The notes under the pieces were generated by a model that was given only the letters and a program-made list of their open reading frames with translations, made no database searches and was not told where the DNA came from. From positions 17,469,308 to 17,533,307 of the forward strand of contig NC_057749.1 of the NCBI RefSeq assembly GCF_004010195.1: a DNA stretch of 64,000 nt. The letters run 5' to 3'. Shown piece after piece: positions 12,705 to 24,970 of the stretch. The stretch comes from Chiloscyllium plagiosum. Taxonomy: Eukaryota. The translations under genes and the position numbers were made by a program. The first letter of the stretch is position 1, and each line of letters starts with the position of its first letter.

Positions 12705-13385
12705 AATTCTGTAGAAAGCCCTGAACAGAAATATTTACTTGGGAGGAAGGTGGTTTATTGAAATGGCAAGCAACTGAGAGGTCGGGCTCATTCCTGCAGA
12801 CAGAAACAATGAAACAGTCACCAAGTCTGCCTTTGGTCTTGCCAATGTAAAGGAAACTGTACTGTGAGCAGTGAATGCAGTACACTAGATTGAAAGAAGG
12901 AGAAGTGAAACACTGCTTCAGTTGGAATGCATGTTTAGGGCCTTGGACAGTGAGAAGGGAGGTGGTGAATCGATAAGTGTTACATCTCCTGCAGTTGCAT
13001 GGGAGGGTGTCATGGGGGAATAAGGAAACATTAGGAGTTATTGAGGAGTGCACCAGGGTGTCACGGAAGAATGCTGATGGGGGGGGTGGGGAGGGGAAGA
13101 CACATTTGGTGGTGACCTCCTGCTGGAATTGCCTGAAATGGCAGAAGATGATCCTTTGAATGCAAAGTCTAGGGGCGTGGAAAGTAAGGTCAAGTGGAAT
13201 TCTAACATTGTTCTGAGAAAGATGGGAAAGGTTGATGGTAGAAGTGTAGGAGTTGGATTGGACACAGCTGGAGGTGCTAAGTTGTGGAGTCCTCAGTTCA
13301 GAAAAAAGGTGGTCATGTCAGATACAGCCAGGCTAAAAGTGGTGTCATCAGAATAACTGAGACACAGAAACTGGAAAATGAAATG
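12705..13385 (-). mobile_element. Penelope-like element remnant, linker + GIY-YIG endonuclease
   Basis: The - strand reads PCNCRRCNT...GPK...NLVYCIHCSQYSFLYIGKTKGRLGDCF...VACHFN, i.e. the VY...YIG and Cys/His motifs of PLE GIY-YIG domains. Confidence 0.85.
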
Positions 13386-14631
13386 GAATCCTTTCAGGAT
13401 ATCCTTGAAACAAGTGTAATTTGAAAAAAAATAAAGACACTTTAACATGTTAACCCTGAATAGAGGTTGTGGCTTTTTCCTAAATATCTAAGCACTAAAA
13501 ATGGTAAAACACAATTGGAAGTCTTTTTGAGTGTCAGGGAAGGGCCTTATTCTTGAAAAGCATGTCCCCCAGATGCTTTAACAATGAATCTCGGTCTTCA
13601 GAGCAATGGTGAAAAGCCACACATGCAGAGACATGTAAAGCAATAAAAAAATTGAAGTTTTTTTATCACTGCTGGTAATGAATGGGAAAGGAACAGGGAT
13701 GTTGCAAAATCTCTATCCCTCAATGGTTAATAGCAATGGATAACACACACACTGGATGCTTTTCAACATGTTTCAGACTTTTGTGCTGAGTTGGAGTTGA
13801 TGTGAAGCAGTTTCCTGGTCTATACAAAATTCTACTCTCCGTCAGATTCACCAGCATTGACCTGATCTTGCATGTCATCCAAAATATTAAATTTAAACTC
13901 ATTGTCTTCACAACCTGGATCATTCTGCTTTCAGTTTTGCAGCTGAAATTGCAAAATTGGAAGGATTCCAAATAGATGGGTGCACCTCTGTGGATATAAA
14001 CTGAAGAAAGAGTTGTGTTTAGCTGTGCAGCTGTTTTGGTTTGGAAAGCATGCAACCAAGCTTTCGGCTTACATCTGGTGAAAATTCATTGAGAAAGATG
14101 TGTAAAAGCAGATGGTGCCTCTTGATCCATAATTATCTAAAGTCAAAATGTGAAGAAGTATTTTGAAGACAAACTAAATAACATTTTTTAAAAATTGGAT
14201 GATATGAAAATATTTGAATGTAAATCACAAAGAGGATTTCATTGAGGATTTGCATCATCACTGAAGGCTTTTTAACAGGCATGGCCACCTAAGGGCTGGT
14301 CACTTACTGGCCTCTGACACATCTTCTGACTAATTCTATGTCTAGAATGTATAAATAATTCTGTACTGACACCAGGAACAATTGGTACATGGGAATATAA
14401 CTGGGCAGCATCCTGCTAATATTAACCCAAGTACTAATTCCTCTTTTTGTTCAGCTATGTGTCATATAAATGCAAAACCTGTTTATACGTTTAGGTCTCC
14501 AGATTAAGCTGCTGAGAAATGTGCACTACATTTGTGTGTCCAACATAGAATGCAAAATCTCTACCCATAGAGACATATCTCAGTTAGCAGAGTTATTTTT
14601 ATATAAATTGAATATATGTGTGTGATATATT

Positions 14632-14960
14632 ACAGTGGCTCAATTGTTAGAATTGCTGCCTCATAGTGCCAGGAATCTTGATTTGATTCCAGCCTTGGGT
14701 GACTTTCTGTGTGGAGTTTGCAGATTCTCCTGGTCTCTGCATGGGTTTCCTCCCAGAGTCCAAAGGTATGCAGGTTAGGTGGATTGGACCTGTTAAATTG
14801 CCCATAGCGTCTAGGGTTGTGCAAGCTAGATAGATTAGCCATGGGAAATGTAGAGTTTCAGGGATAGGGTGGGTTTGGGTGGGATGCTCTTCAGAGGGTC
14901 AGTGTGGACTTGATGGGCTAAATATCCTGCTTCCACACTATAGGGATTCTAAGGATTCTA
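14632..14960 (+). mobile_element. tRNA-derived V-SINE (HE1-like)
   Basis: tRNA-like head agtggctca...gctgcctca, V-domain tgtgtggagtttgca...ggtttcctccca...tccaaag and tail tagggattcta. Confidence 0.8.
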
Positions 14961-17056
14961 TGTTATATTGTCAAGAGCCATAGTTTTGGTATGATAAACA
15001 TGCATCATGAGTTACTAGAGTTCAACCAGCTCATATCATGCAACCAACTTGCACAGAAAGAACTACTTTGCCTCTCTACTTGGAGCTGATATGTTTTCTG
15101 TGCAGGACGCAAGTGCATCTCACACAGTGCCAGCAGTAATATTCCACGTGTCCAAGTCGAAGACTGTGTAGTCTTGTGCCACTATATAAGTCAGTTACCT
15201 CTTGTGAGGAGCTTTAAATAACAGATGTTCCTAATGTCATGGTGTATCTCCCTTCTGGCTGCTCAGTGACATATCTATTTAGGGCAGGTACTTGAACTTC
15301 CTGCAGTAGGTTTTTTTTTGCTGCAACTTAACTTCATACTTTGATCTTGGACTTTGCCCCCAGCTGAGAGATCAATTTTATTGAGTTTGAAATCATAGAA
15401 GGGAGCCATTTGCACCAACACCACAAGCTTGACTTTTAGAACCTCGCTATCACTGCAGAAAGGCCAGTGTTTTCTTTGCCATTTCTCCACAAGGTTCTGA
15501 AGAAATATTTTGTTCAATTTTTGATATTTCACTTTTCAATCCCTTCAGGAATTTCAGAGCAAATCTTGATTCCAAGAGCAGTGTAAATATTTGTCTCGTT
15601 GAAGTCATGTTGTGAAGAAAAACATGGAATCAAACCTGAGACTTTTCTTGAGGAACTGATTTAATTGGACTTAAGTTGACATTCACTGGGTCTGCTGGAG
15701 ATAGATAGTAGCTTCTCATGTGTTCCAATCAATGGCTTCGATATTCACCCTTAAATCACGGAAAAAAACCCAGTTAAATTATTAGCAATAGGCCCAGAGC
15801 CTGGTTTGAATACACTTTCAAGTATGGATTAAAACCAATGACACAACAGGGCATTGTGTGTTAAGTAGGCCGTGAATATAGCAAACCTTATATTGTTATA
15901 TTAATCCTTTCTCTCCACAACCTCTCAGTCTTCCCTTCATGTTTTCTTTGCCTGGTGTGTGATGAACAATTTGGTAGATCAATATTGCCGCTTTGATTCT
16001 CATGTTCAAACTTCTGTTAAGTTACTTTAATGTTTCCTCAGTTCTCAAAAGAAATTTAATCCAATTCCTGAACACTTCCTTATCATGTGAGCACCTAGTG
16101 TCTATAATCACTTGTTTCACCCTTTCTGCAAGTCAGTGATTCCTCTATAGTTCCCTGCATCATTTTCTTTGATTTATCAGTCACTACTGATGTCCAGAGC
16201 AGTCTTGCTATTGTGTTCAGAGCTAAAAATATTAACAAGATTATCATATTTTGTTTCATTCACTTCAGGAATTTCAGGGCATATTGTGATGGTTCCAAGA
16301 ACAGTATAAATATTTATTTTTTTGTCTTTCTTCATAACAGACTTTTTTAGAAAAATTGATTTAATTGCTCTCACTCATTTTCTCAGAGCCCAATAAAATT
16401 GTCAAACATAACATCTTCTATTCTTCCAGCTTAAAGAGAGAAAGTTTTAAAACTGAGGCTTGATGTTAGATATCACAACTGGTTGATTTAAAGCATGATC
16501 TGTTCTTTCAGCAGATAGCAAGCCTTTGGTCTTCATAGAGCTTGGAAAATTACCAAAAGTGTTTATTCCTCCCTACTTTTATTTTTTCCCTATTACCATT
16601 TCAAAACAATCTCTTAAAGGACCATATGTAGCAAAAATGGTTTTGCCTTTTCTTTAATTCAACTTTTGTCCTTCATGATGCTCACATTAAATAATGTCAT
16701 TAATTTGTCCATGACTTTTCCGAATGCTCTATCATTTCTTTTGCCCATTGGGATAGTTTTTAGGTTTTCTGGCCTGCAGCAAATCTTGCTGTTTTTCTCA
16801 AAAAGGCACGCCAGCCTTTCTTGCTTAAAAATGTTTCTTCTTATGCTGGATTATTACTTAATGTCATGTATGTTTCAGTCCTCCCAGCACCTTTCTCTCA
16901 GCCATCATTTGATCCTCTTGAAATTCTTGTATACCAGCTTCTCTGTGTTTAGTATTTGTACGCAGCAGGTCATAGTTTAGACTTTTCTCCCCAGTAACAT
17001 TTCCATATTGAAGAAAACAGGTGAACAACAAGCAACTGGGGTAACCAGATTTCAGT

Positions 17057-17062
17057 TTTATT
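17057..17062 (-). terminator. Candidate NR2E3 poly(A) signal AATAAA
   Basis: TTTATT on +, about 305 nt past the stop. On - it is followed by a GU/U-rich tract (ttgcttgttgttc...tgttttcttc). Confidence 0.5.
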
Positions 17063-17366
17063 CTTCTTTAGAAATATATTCAATCTTCACAGGCTTAAAA
17101 ATTATAAGGATTTGCAGTGTTAGTTGTTTGGGAAAAGTGAGTATGTAAAATGTTGGGATAGAATGTGATGTGTGAGACAATAATAAATAGGTAGGTAGCA
17201 TGACACACCAGGGACATGGTATCACAGGATGTAATGCATTAATGGTGATTGCAGACAGAGGACTTAATATTTTGGGGTAGTTAGCAAGAACACACAAGGA
17301 ATAGACAACACAAGGTGTTGGGAGAGAGAGGGGTCAATATATAACAGGGGATGCTGCTTGGGACTT

Positions 17367-17499
17367 TCAGCTCTTAAACATGTCACAGAGAAGCTTTTCC
17401 ATGGGAGTGTTACCAATGGTTCTGTGGAAAAATAGCAGCTCAATTTGTTCTGAAGAGACAAAGCGAAGTGATGGCAAGAGGAGTAGCAACTTCCCAAAT
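17367..17499 (-). CDS. NR2E3: NR2E3 exon 8 with AF2 and stop ([44 protein letters not shown])
   Basis: Acceptor cttatcag; TGA at 17369-17367. The exons sum to 1218 nt = 405 aa + stop. Confidence 0.97.
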
Positions 17500-18130
17500 C
17501 TGATAAGAGATGAATAAGAAAATAATCAGGCAACTAACCCTGAGCGAAAACCCTTTTGAAAATATACATCAACAAATAGAATCACAAATTAACAAAGCAA
17601 AGAGGAGGATCCAGTTCAGATTGAAGAAGTGCCTTATATTAGAAAAGTTCAAAGCTCTTAACCAATATTGAATTATATTGTGGAGTTACTGCAATTACAA
17701 GTATAAATGTGTTAGACATCTACACACAGCAGGGCCTAACAATTAACAATGACACAAACTAATTAGCCCCTCTTATGATTTTAGTTTGTTTTTAAAGTGC
17801 CATAGCATTTTCAACATCCATCTGAGCAAGTAAGTACAGTCTCGTTCAACATTTCATCTGAAGAAGAAAAATAAACTTTTTTTTTAAATCCCCAAGAGTT
17901 AGTTACTTTAGTTTGAAGGAGGTCAGGTTTGTGTTAACTGACATTAAGGTGACCACTGATAGGTGGTCTGTTTTTATGTTTGTATTTAATACTTGTTCTG
18001 TGTAATAATACAATTCATATTTTATATCTGATACTAGCATGATGAGCATGTAACCTGCATGAATAATTCTGTATTGATTAACAAGTGTAGTTTCAGCCCA
18101 AGAATTGTTTGGTGATCTGCCTTTCCTTAC

Positions 18131-18236
18131 CTAACTGGCTGGATTGAGTAATGTGTCCTGCTGTGCTGACCCAGCATTACTTGGGACTGATCCTGTAGAT
18201 TCTCCACCTGCTCTGGGTCCTTCAGCCCTCTTGTTT
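18131..18236 (-). CDS. NR2E3: NR2E3 exon 7 ([35 protein letters not shown])
   Basis: Read by hand. Acceptor ttcttcag, donor AG|gtaagg; 106 nt, phase 1 to 2. Confidence 0.96.
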
Positions 18237-19416
18237 CTGAAGAAGAACACAGTATAGGTGAATTTCTATTTCACTGCAGGAAAGCCCCCTAAAATTCTAT
18301 TAGAAGATTCACTTGTACATCATGTAAATAGTTGGTGATCACAGTGAAGAATGCAGTCAGAAGGGTTCCTTTCCCAGTCTACACTGGAGTGGGATGAATT
18401 TGGGCCTGTCCATTTGATATTAGCATTCTTGAGCTAGGGAGTCAAACCATAGCCCTATGTTGAAGCTCTAGATTAGCTTCCAGCAGAGATCACCAGAAAA
18501 CTGTGAGCATAAGGAAAAGATGTGCTTGGTCCCTACAGTCAATATACCTGAATGCTCATTATCTGGGATGCCATACAAATGAGATACTGTATGTTGGTGA
18601 GTGGCCATGGAACTGTATCTTAACGTAAGTCAGCATCCTCAGAAGAGGATGGAAGAAACAGGGTAAAATAGCCCAGAACATGTCAATTGTTATGGAACAG
18701 CCCTAATGTTCCAGTGAAATTTGTACAAATCTTGTGAATAAATCCATGCACATGGACACCATTTGGCTTCTTTCTGCACATGGTATGTGCCCATCAATAG
18801 CATAGCCAGCATTTACCTTCCATTCCTAAATACCCTTGGGCTGAGTGTCTTTTTTCGAGGGCAGTTAACAGTCAACCACATTTCTGTGGACCTGGAGTCG
18901 GCTAGACCAGCCAAGGAAGGCAGATTTCCTTTGTGTTCATTGACAATCTACGGTAGTTTCACAGAATATTATTAAGGCTAACTTTTTTTAATATTCGACT
19001 TATTGTCTGACTTTAAATTCTTCAGCTGCAATTCTGAGTTTTCAATCCTCTATAGTCTATACTTCTGGATGACTAGCCCAGTGGCATTTACTACTATATC
19101 AACATTGTCCATATACTGACACAGTGGATAATTAATGCTTACCTCAAGTGGAAAGTCAGTAAGATTTTAACACCCAAAATCGTTTCTAGCAAACTTCCAT
19201 ACATTTTACCTTAAAACATATAAATTAAGCGGACTTGACTTAAGTCTTTATCAAGTTAGCATGTTTAAGAATCTGCTTCCTTTACTATATGTTACACCAT
19301 TGGAGTTCAGTTTGCTCATAGTCTCAATGCTCTTTAGTGCTCTGCTGCAATAATAACTGGCTACAGGGATAATGAACCGATTGGACATATTGCCTAAGAG
19401 AATTGATTGTGCTTAC

Positions 19417-19657
19417 CTGGTTTAAAGAGTACCACAGCCTTCAGACATGCAAACTCTGTGGGGTCCACAGCAATAGCCTTGAATCGACTCATGATCTCCT
19501 GCAGGATGCGGATGTCAGCTGTGGCAGAACTATGCTTGCCCTGAGGGCAATGAGAGAGTTCAGGTAATGACAACAAAGGGCAACTTTCCAATGGCATGGA
19601 CCACTGGATAGCACAGAGCAGGAAGAGTTCACTCCAGGCTTCTTCCAACAGGATCAC
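19417..19657 (-). CDS. NR2E3: NR2E3 exon 6 ([29 protein letters not shown]...[17 protein letters not shown])
   Basis: Acceptor atgcag, donor CAG|gtaagc; 241 nt. Confidence 0.97.
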
Positions 19658-19729
19658 CTGCATCAGAAAAATTCTTTTGTTGATGGGGAGGAATGTTCAG
19701 CAGGCAATCCTGCCAATGCTTTTACAAAA

Positions 19730-19950
19730 GCAAAATGCTACAGTTGCTGGAAGTTGGAAATTAAGATAGAAAATGCTGACAATGCTTAGCTGGTCTGGCA
19801 GCAGTTGTGGAGAGAGAAAAACAATTAACGTTTCAGGTTGACCTGTCAGAAATGTCTGGCAAGCAGTCATCAATCTGTAACATTAACTGTTTCTCTGTCA
19901 ATAAATTCTGCCAGACTTGCTGATGATATTTCCAGTATTTTCTATTTTAA
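19730..19950. mobile_element. Degenerate palindromic Penelope-derived insertion in NR2E3 intron 5
   Basis: Inverted arms (gctggaa...ggtctggcagca / ctgccagacttgctga...tttccag), the same family as 9813-10040. Confidence 0.65.
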
Positions 19951-20596
19951 TTGTCAATACATCTGTCATCTGTGCTCCTCTAATTCTCACGTCTTGCTCT
20001 TTAGCTCCACAATTCATTCTTTCTTCGTTCCTGAGTGATGCTGGCTAGTGCCAAGTATATTGCCCAGCATAACTCCATTGAGAGCGTTAGAGTCAACCAT
20101 TTTCATCACTTTTCTTGCTCCTACTTTTCCCTCAATCGAAGTGAACATTTGTTGCGTGATCTGCTATCCTAATTTCACTCAGTTGTTTCCTTCTAAAAGC
20201 TTTGAAATTCCAAGTTCTGCATTACTTAATTTCAAGTTTGTTAATTTACCTTTCCAATCGCTCTTACCCACTTTCCTAATAATCTTGGTGGTGTATTTTA
20301 ACTACAGCTTTGCTCCTGTTTATTTCTCGTTGATTTAGCTGGATAACAAAAAAAAAAGTATCCAAATAATATTGGACTAAACTTCAATGTTATGATACCA
20401 TGAAAAAGGAGGAATTAGATTAACCTGCAGAACGGGTTACCTGACAATTCAGCTCTGAACCTTGGGTTCCAATCCAACCCAATGTCTAATGCTTTAAATG
20501 ACATGTAATACTTGTAATGTTGGAATTGAACATTAATCCCTTATCTTTCAATGTTACACTTTATCCAGTGCCCCACCCAATGCTTTACTGATATAC

Positions 20597-20778
20597 CTGG
20601 TCCCGGAATGGCAGGTTCGAGAAGACCGGAAGATTTTTGGCCCATTTAACAGCCATGAAGAGCAATCTGGCGGAGGTCTCATATACGTTCTCGAGACTAC
20701 TCGGAGGGTAAATGGACATCTGGTACTCTGTGGATGTCCTGTCAGGTTCGTTGCTTGTCACATCAATGTTCTCATCCA
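20597..20778 (-). CDS. NR2E3: NR2E3 exon 5, LBD start ([12 protein letters not shown]...[28 protein letters not shown])
   Basis: Acceptor ttgcag, donor CAG|gtatat; 182 nt. Nuclear-receptor LBD signature. Confidence 0.97.
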
Positions 20779-21325
20779 CTGCAAGCAGAATATATAAATA
20801 GGGAAACACTCACTAATTCTCCTATCTCTCAGTGACCACAAATATTAGGTTTCTTATTCTTTTCCTTTTCGTGAGCCAGAACAATGCAATGACTGCTCAC
20901 TTATCATGAAAAATATGACCTTGAATTCTTCCTAATAGCTTCAATCACCAATTTCTGCTGAGTAAGTTAATCTCAACCATACAGGTGTTGAGCTACATTG
21001 GCTAGGGAGTGGTAAATCAGACTGAGCTCCTGCTCTGATCAGTATCTGTGGCAGCAAGATAACGTGTGGAAGTGTGATGTTTTCATAGGGTTTGCCTCAG
21101 CTCTGTAATACCTTCATCGGTGGATGGTTGCATATGGTTTAGGTTAACATGAAGAACATGTACTTTTACAAGCAATCAAGAGTGAAAAAAAGAAAATTTA
21201 CAATCCTTAATTTGATTTTATAAACTGACCCTAGATCTAATTTCAATAGAGCTGCACTGATGCTTTAATCACTAGAGTTGTGCACGCAGTAGAAAGGGAG
21301 GGGAGATTAGGAACCAGTCACTGAC

Positions 21326-21568
21326 CATCCTCCGGCTCCAGCTTGGCACAGGTCTCAGCTGTCATCAGGCTGGCCATGAACCGATGGTTAGTTGGTGGGC
21401 TGATGGTTTTCTGGCTGCCGCTGATGTTGGAGGAAGCTGGTCTCTGGCTGCTGACCGATGACAAACTGGGCTCCCTGGTCGTGGCTATGTGCTCCTTCTC
21501 AGGGTCAAGCTCAGCAGTGTCCAGTCGCACCTGGGCAGTACTACGGGGCTGCCGTTCATTCTGAACGG
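21326..21568 (-). CDS. NR2E3: NR2E3 exon 4, hinge (AVQNERQPRSTAQV...HRFMASLMTAETCAKLEPED)
   Basis: Acceptor ttcctccag, donor G|gtcagt; 243 nt. Contains the NR2E3 motifs AVQNERQPRS and FMASLxTAETCAKLEPED. Confidence 0.96.
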
Positions 21569-21726
21569 CTGGAGGAAGGGATAAGAAAGGAGAATGAACA
21601 GGGAGGCAGAAACCGAGGGGAAGGAACAGACAGAATAATAGAGATTAGAGGATTATAGCTGCTTAAAGCCTGAAACATTAAGCTATAATTTCATACATGT
21701 TCTCAGACAGAGACGTTTGTGTATTA

Positions 21727-21903
<177 letters not shown>

Positions 21904-22870
21904 TCATTGAGCAGAGCTGTGTCACTGGGATTCATCAGAATTAAACCTCCTGAGGAGCTTGCATTGCAGTAATTGTAAATGTAGCACTGCTACCTCACAG
22001 CACCAGGGACCTGGGTTTGATTCTAACCTCTGGGTGGGATGTTCTTCAGAGGGTCAGTGTAGACTTGATGGGCCAAATGGCCTCTATCTGCACTGTAGGG
22101 ATTCAATGATACATGTACCTGTTGCTATTCAAGATGAGGAATTTCCTTCACTGAGGGCAGTGAATGTTTGGAATTCGAGCTCAGGCTGTGCAAGTTCGTT
22201 TGCTGAACAGATTCAGGACAGAAATTGATAGGTTTCTCCAGACTAATCACATTAAACTAATCAATCTGGCGAGAGTGGTATGGTGGTCGATGCTCAATAA
22301 TGATCTAAACAAATGTCTTGATGTGATGACCAGCCCTCCCCTGCTCCTTTGTTCCTATGTTCTATTGCCTTCCATATCTCCAACGTAAAATTTGGAAATC
22401 TAAATACATTGAGGATGTATTAGACTGTAGCCTGAATTTAACAGGTTTATGTGATGGGAGTGAATGAGAATCCTTGGAATTGGGGTTATGTTCCAACAGT
22501 TTACATATTCAGTCTATAATCCTAGACAATTAGCTGAAGTTATGTGAATAAAATCACCTTGATAATTCATGCATTGTTAATTTTCATTGCCCAGTATTAG
22601 CTTGACTGCATAGAAATTATATTCTCCTCAGATTCAGATGTTTGTAAGTGTAAGTCTCAGTGTAAAATTAAAACATTTCAGCTGCTACTTTACTACAGAA
22701 ACACCAGAGCTCTTTAGAATGGAATATTAGCTGTTTGCCTGTTGTGGGGACATTATTAAAGGTCCTTTTCCCTTACATGTAAGATAGTGACTTTGGAGAT
22801 ACAGTGCAACAAACTGTTACTATTTTTGTATATAAACAATGTCAAGAGTAAAATTATGATGTTTACTTAC

Positions 22871-23021
22871 CTATAGATGAGCTTTCTTCGGACACTTCGC
22901 TTGAAGAAGCCACTGCAGCCATTACAGGCATAAATACCATAGTGTTTCCCGCTGCTGGTGTCCCCACATACCTTACACAGAAGCACTGGGCTCAGAGACT
23001 TCCCTGGACTTGGAGTTTTCT
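22871..23021 (-). CDS. NR2E3: NR2E3 exon 2, first zinc finger ([35 protein letters not shown])
   Basis: C4 zinc finger with the NR2E3-type P-box CNGCSG. Acceptor tttcag, donor AG|gtaagt; 151 nt. Confidence 0.96.
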
Positions 23022-24224
23022 CTGAAAGCAAGCAGACACATAAACAAAGTGTAATCACCTCTGTACTGACCCTTACCACATTCATCAAATTAGATTAGGT
23101 TCTGCAACAAAGATTTAAATGTGACTTATCACTGGCTGGACTCAATTCAACTCTTACCACAGCCCTCACATGATCCCACACCAGAATTTGGCTTACCTTG
23201 TCTGAGGCCCTGCTTGAAATTAAATATGATTGACAAGATGGTGAGGAGATCGTGTATAGGTGACTCAAGGCTTTATGTGAAAGAGCAGAGGTTATTTTCC
23301 AAAGAACAATGGCGTACCAATGAGCATCTATTACTCTCAAGATGATCGCTGCTATGATCAAGCAAATTAAGAACAACTTAAGTTCCTGGAAGGGGGCTCA
23401 AGGGTTTCCTGGAATAGGCTCTCCAACCACTTCAAAGAATAAATTCTTCACTGGTATTCAGGTCCACAAAATATAAACACATTGCAACAATCAATACTCA
23501 CATTTATACCATCTATACACAAATGATGTAGTACTGGGAACCAAGGTGACCAGTAACTTATACCCTAGCTCTGTAACCATAATTGAAATATGTCAGTGAT
23601 TAAATGCAGTATTTTCTTGTTAAACTGGGGTTTCAATAATCTGGTTTATTTATCATGTATATTTGACAAATCAATAAATACTGGATACTATTAAAATACA
23701 GTGACATAGCAATATTTATTCCTATGCATTCTGAAATAATTGTCAGTTTATTCTTCAAATCAGGTTTTCAGTTTTATCATTTACCCTATCTTAATGCTTA
23801 AATGCACATTCTCATCAGGAGCACAATTGAAATTTTTCATTTTCGTATTTGTTGTTCCTTTATTGAAATGTTTGTTGTACGCTCCTTTTAACACTAATTG
23901 AGTCTGGGCCTTTGATAAAATTGTATTCACTCATCAGGTCTCCTTTTCCCCTCCTTTTTAATATCTTCCTCGTCCTTATCTTCCCATGTTTCTTTATCAC
24001 GTCACTGACTTCTGGCTGATTCATTCTGCCCTTTGACTTTCTGCTTTTCTTTCGGATCTGTTCCCAAATTCTTCTTAGTTTGTGGATGACTGCCCTTCTT
24101 ATCGAACTGAATCTTTCCTCGTATTGATCTGCCAGTCTCATCATCATTGACAGGTGCTTTCTCATCTCCCTGGCTGTGCTGCTTGACCATTCTAAAACCT
24201 GTCCAATTGTTCTGGTTTCCTAGT

Positions 24225-24324
24225 CTCTCTGTCTCTCTCTCTCTCTCTTTCTCACAATCTTTCACTGAGTAACAAACACTCATACCTGTTTGATCTACTG
24301 TTCCTTATTGTCTGTCTCTCTCTT

Positions 24325-24399
<75 letters not shown>

Positions 24400-24420
24400 G
24401 TCTGTCTCTCTCACACACTC
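24225..24420. repeat. (CT)n/(CTGT)n microsatellite in NR2E3 intron 1
   Basis: Direct observation. Confidence 0.9.
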
Positions 24421-24482
24421 CTACACACTCACTCGGTCAATCTTTCTCTCTTGCTCATGCACTCACTTGCCCTTTCTCCTAC

Positions 24483-24540
24483 CTGTCTGGCTGTCCTCCA
24501 GCCCTGGGCTGATTGATGACTCGATGGAAGAGTTGCTCAT
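24483..24540 (-). CDS. NR2E3: NR2E3 coding exon 1 (MSNSSIESSISPGLEDSQT)
   Basis: ATG at 24540 is the first after an in-frame TAG. Donor CAG|gtagga at 24482. Its 58 nt (phase 1) joins exon 2 in frame. The N-terminus is not conserved, so this exon is less certain. Confidence 0.7.
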
Positions 24541-24849
24541 TCTTCTCAAAGGGCAGGAGCTGGCCTCTGTCTACAAAACTTCCTCTTGAGCAGCCTGGGA
24601 ACAACTGGTCAGCTGATGCAAAAATCTTGATTTGAGGAAAGATACAACCATTGGAGTAAAGAGGAAATCCAGCTCTTTGGAAGAAAGCAGCATCCAAACT
24701 TTAGAAAGGAAATGTTGCATGTGCAGTTGCTGGATTTCTGTGTCTCTCTCTCCCTGTTTAATTTCTGAAAGTCTTGCGCTCTTGTTGTGTATCTGAGCGG
24801 TCAGTGTGTGAATGAGTCTGGCTGGTGCTCCTATGTTCCTAATGCCTGC

Positions 24850-24970
24850 ACAGTAGATTAGCCTCTAACGCTCTGTAAGTAGATGCCTATTTGTCAGTCT
24901 CTTAATCTTTACTGTCCATTGCAAAGGTGGGTCAATCAGTCAGTACATGAAGAATTTAAATGCTGAAACC
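24850..24970 (-). promoter_or_regulatory. Candidate NR2E3 proximal promoter with CRX/OTX-type and Maf/NRL-type motifs
   Basis: AGATTAG (CTAATCT) at 24855-24861, TTAATCT at 24902-24908, and an AT-rich-flanked TGCTGA at 24961-24966, all 315-425 bp upstream of the ATG. Motif-level evidence only. Confidence 0.45.

Noticed and set aside
15300..16990. Purine-skewed - strand stretch downstream of NR2E3 that looks vaguely coding
   Set aside because: Frequent stops and no recognisable motif. It may be extended UTR or very old repeat.
23860..24283. K/R-rich ORFs in NR2E3 intron 1 as an extra exon or nested gene
   Set aside because: Purine-rich sequence next to a microsatellite. The part KRRGKGDLMSEYNFIKG resembles a decayed CR1 3' end, and exons 1 and 2 already join in frame.
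24479..24697. ORF MDAAFFQRAG... as NR2E3 exon 1
   Set aside because: It starts at TTG and is out of frame with exon 2 at the 24482 donor.
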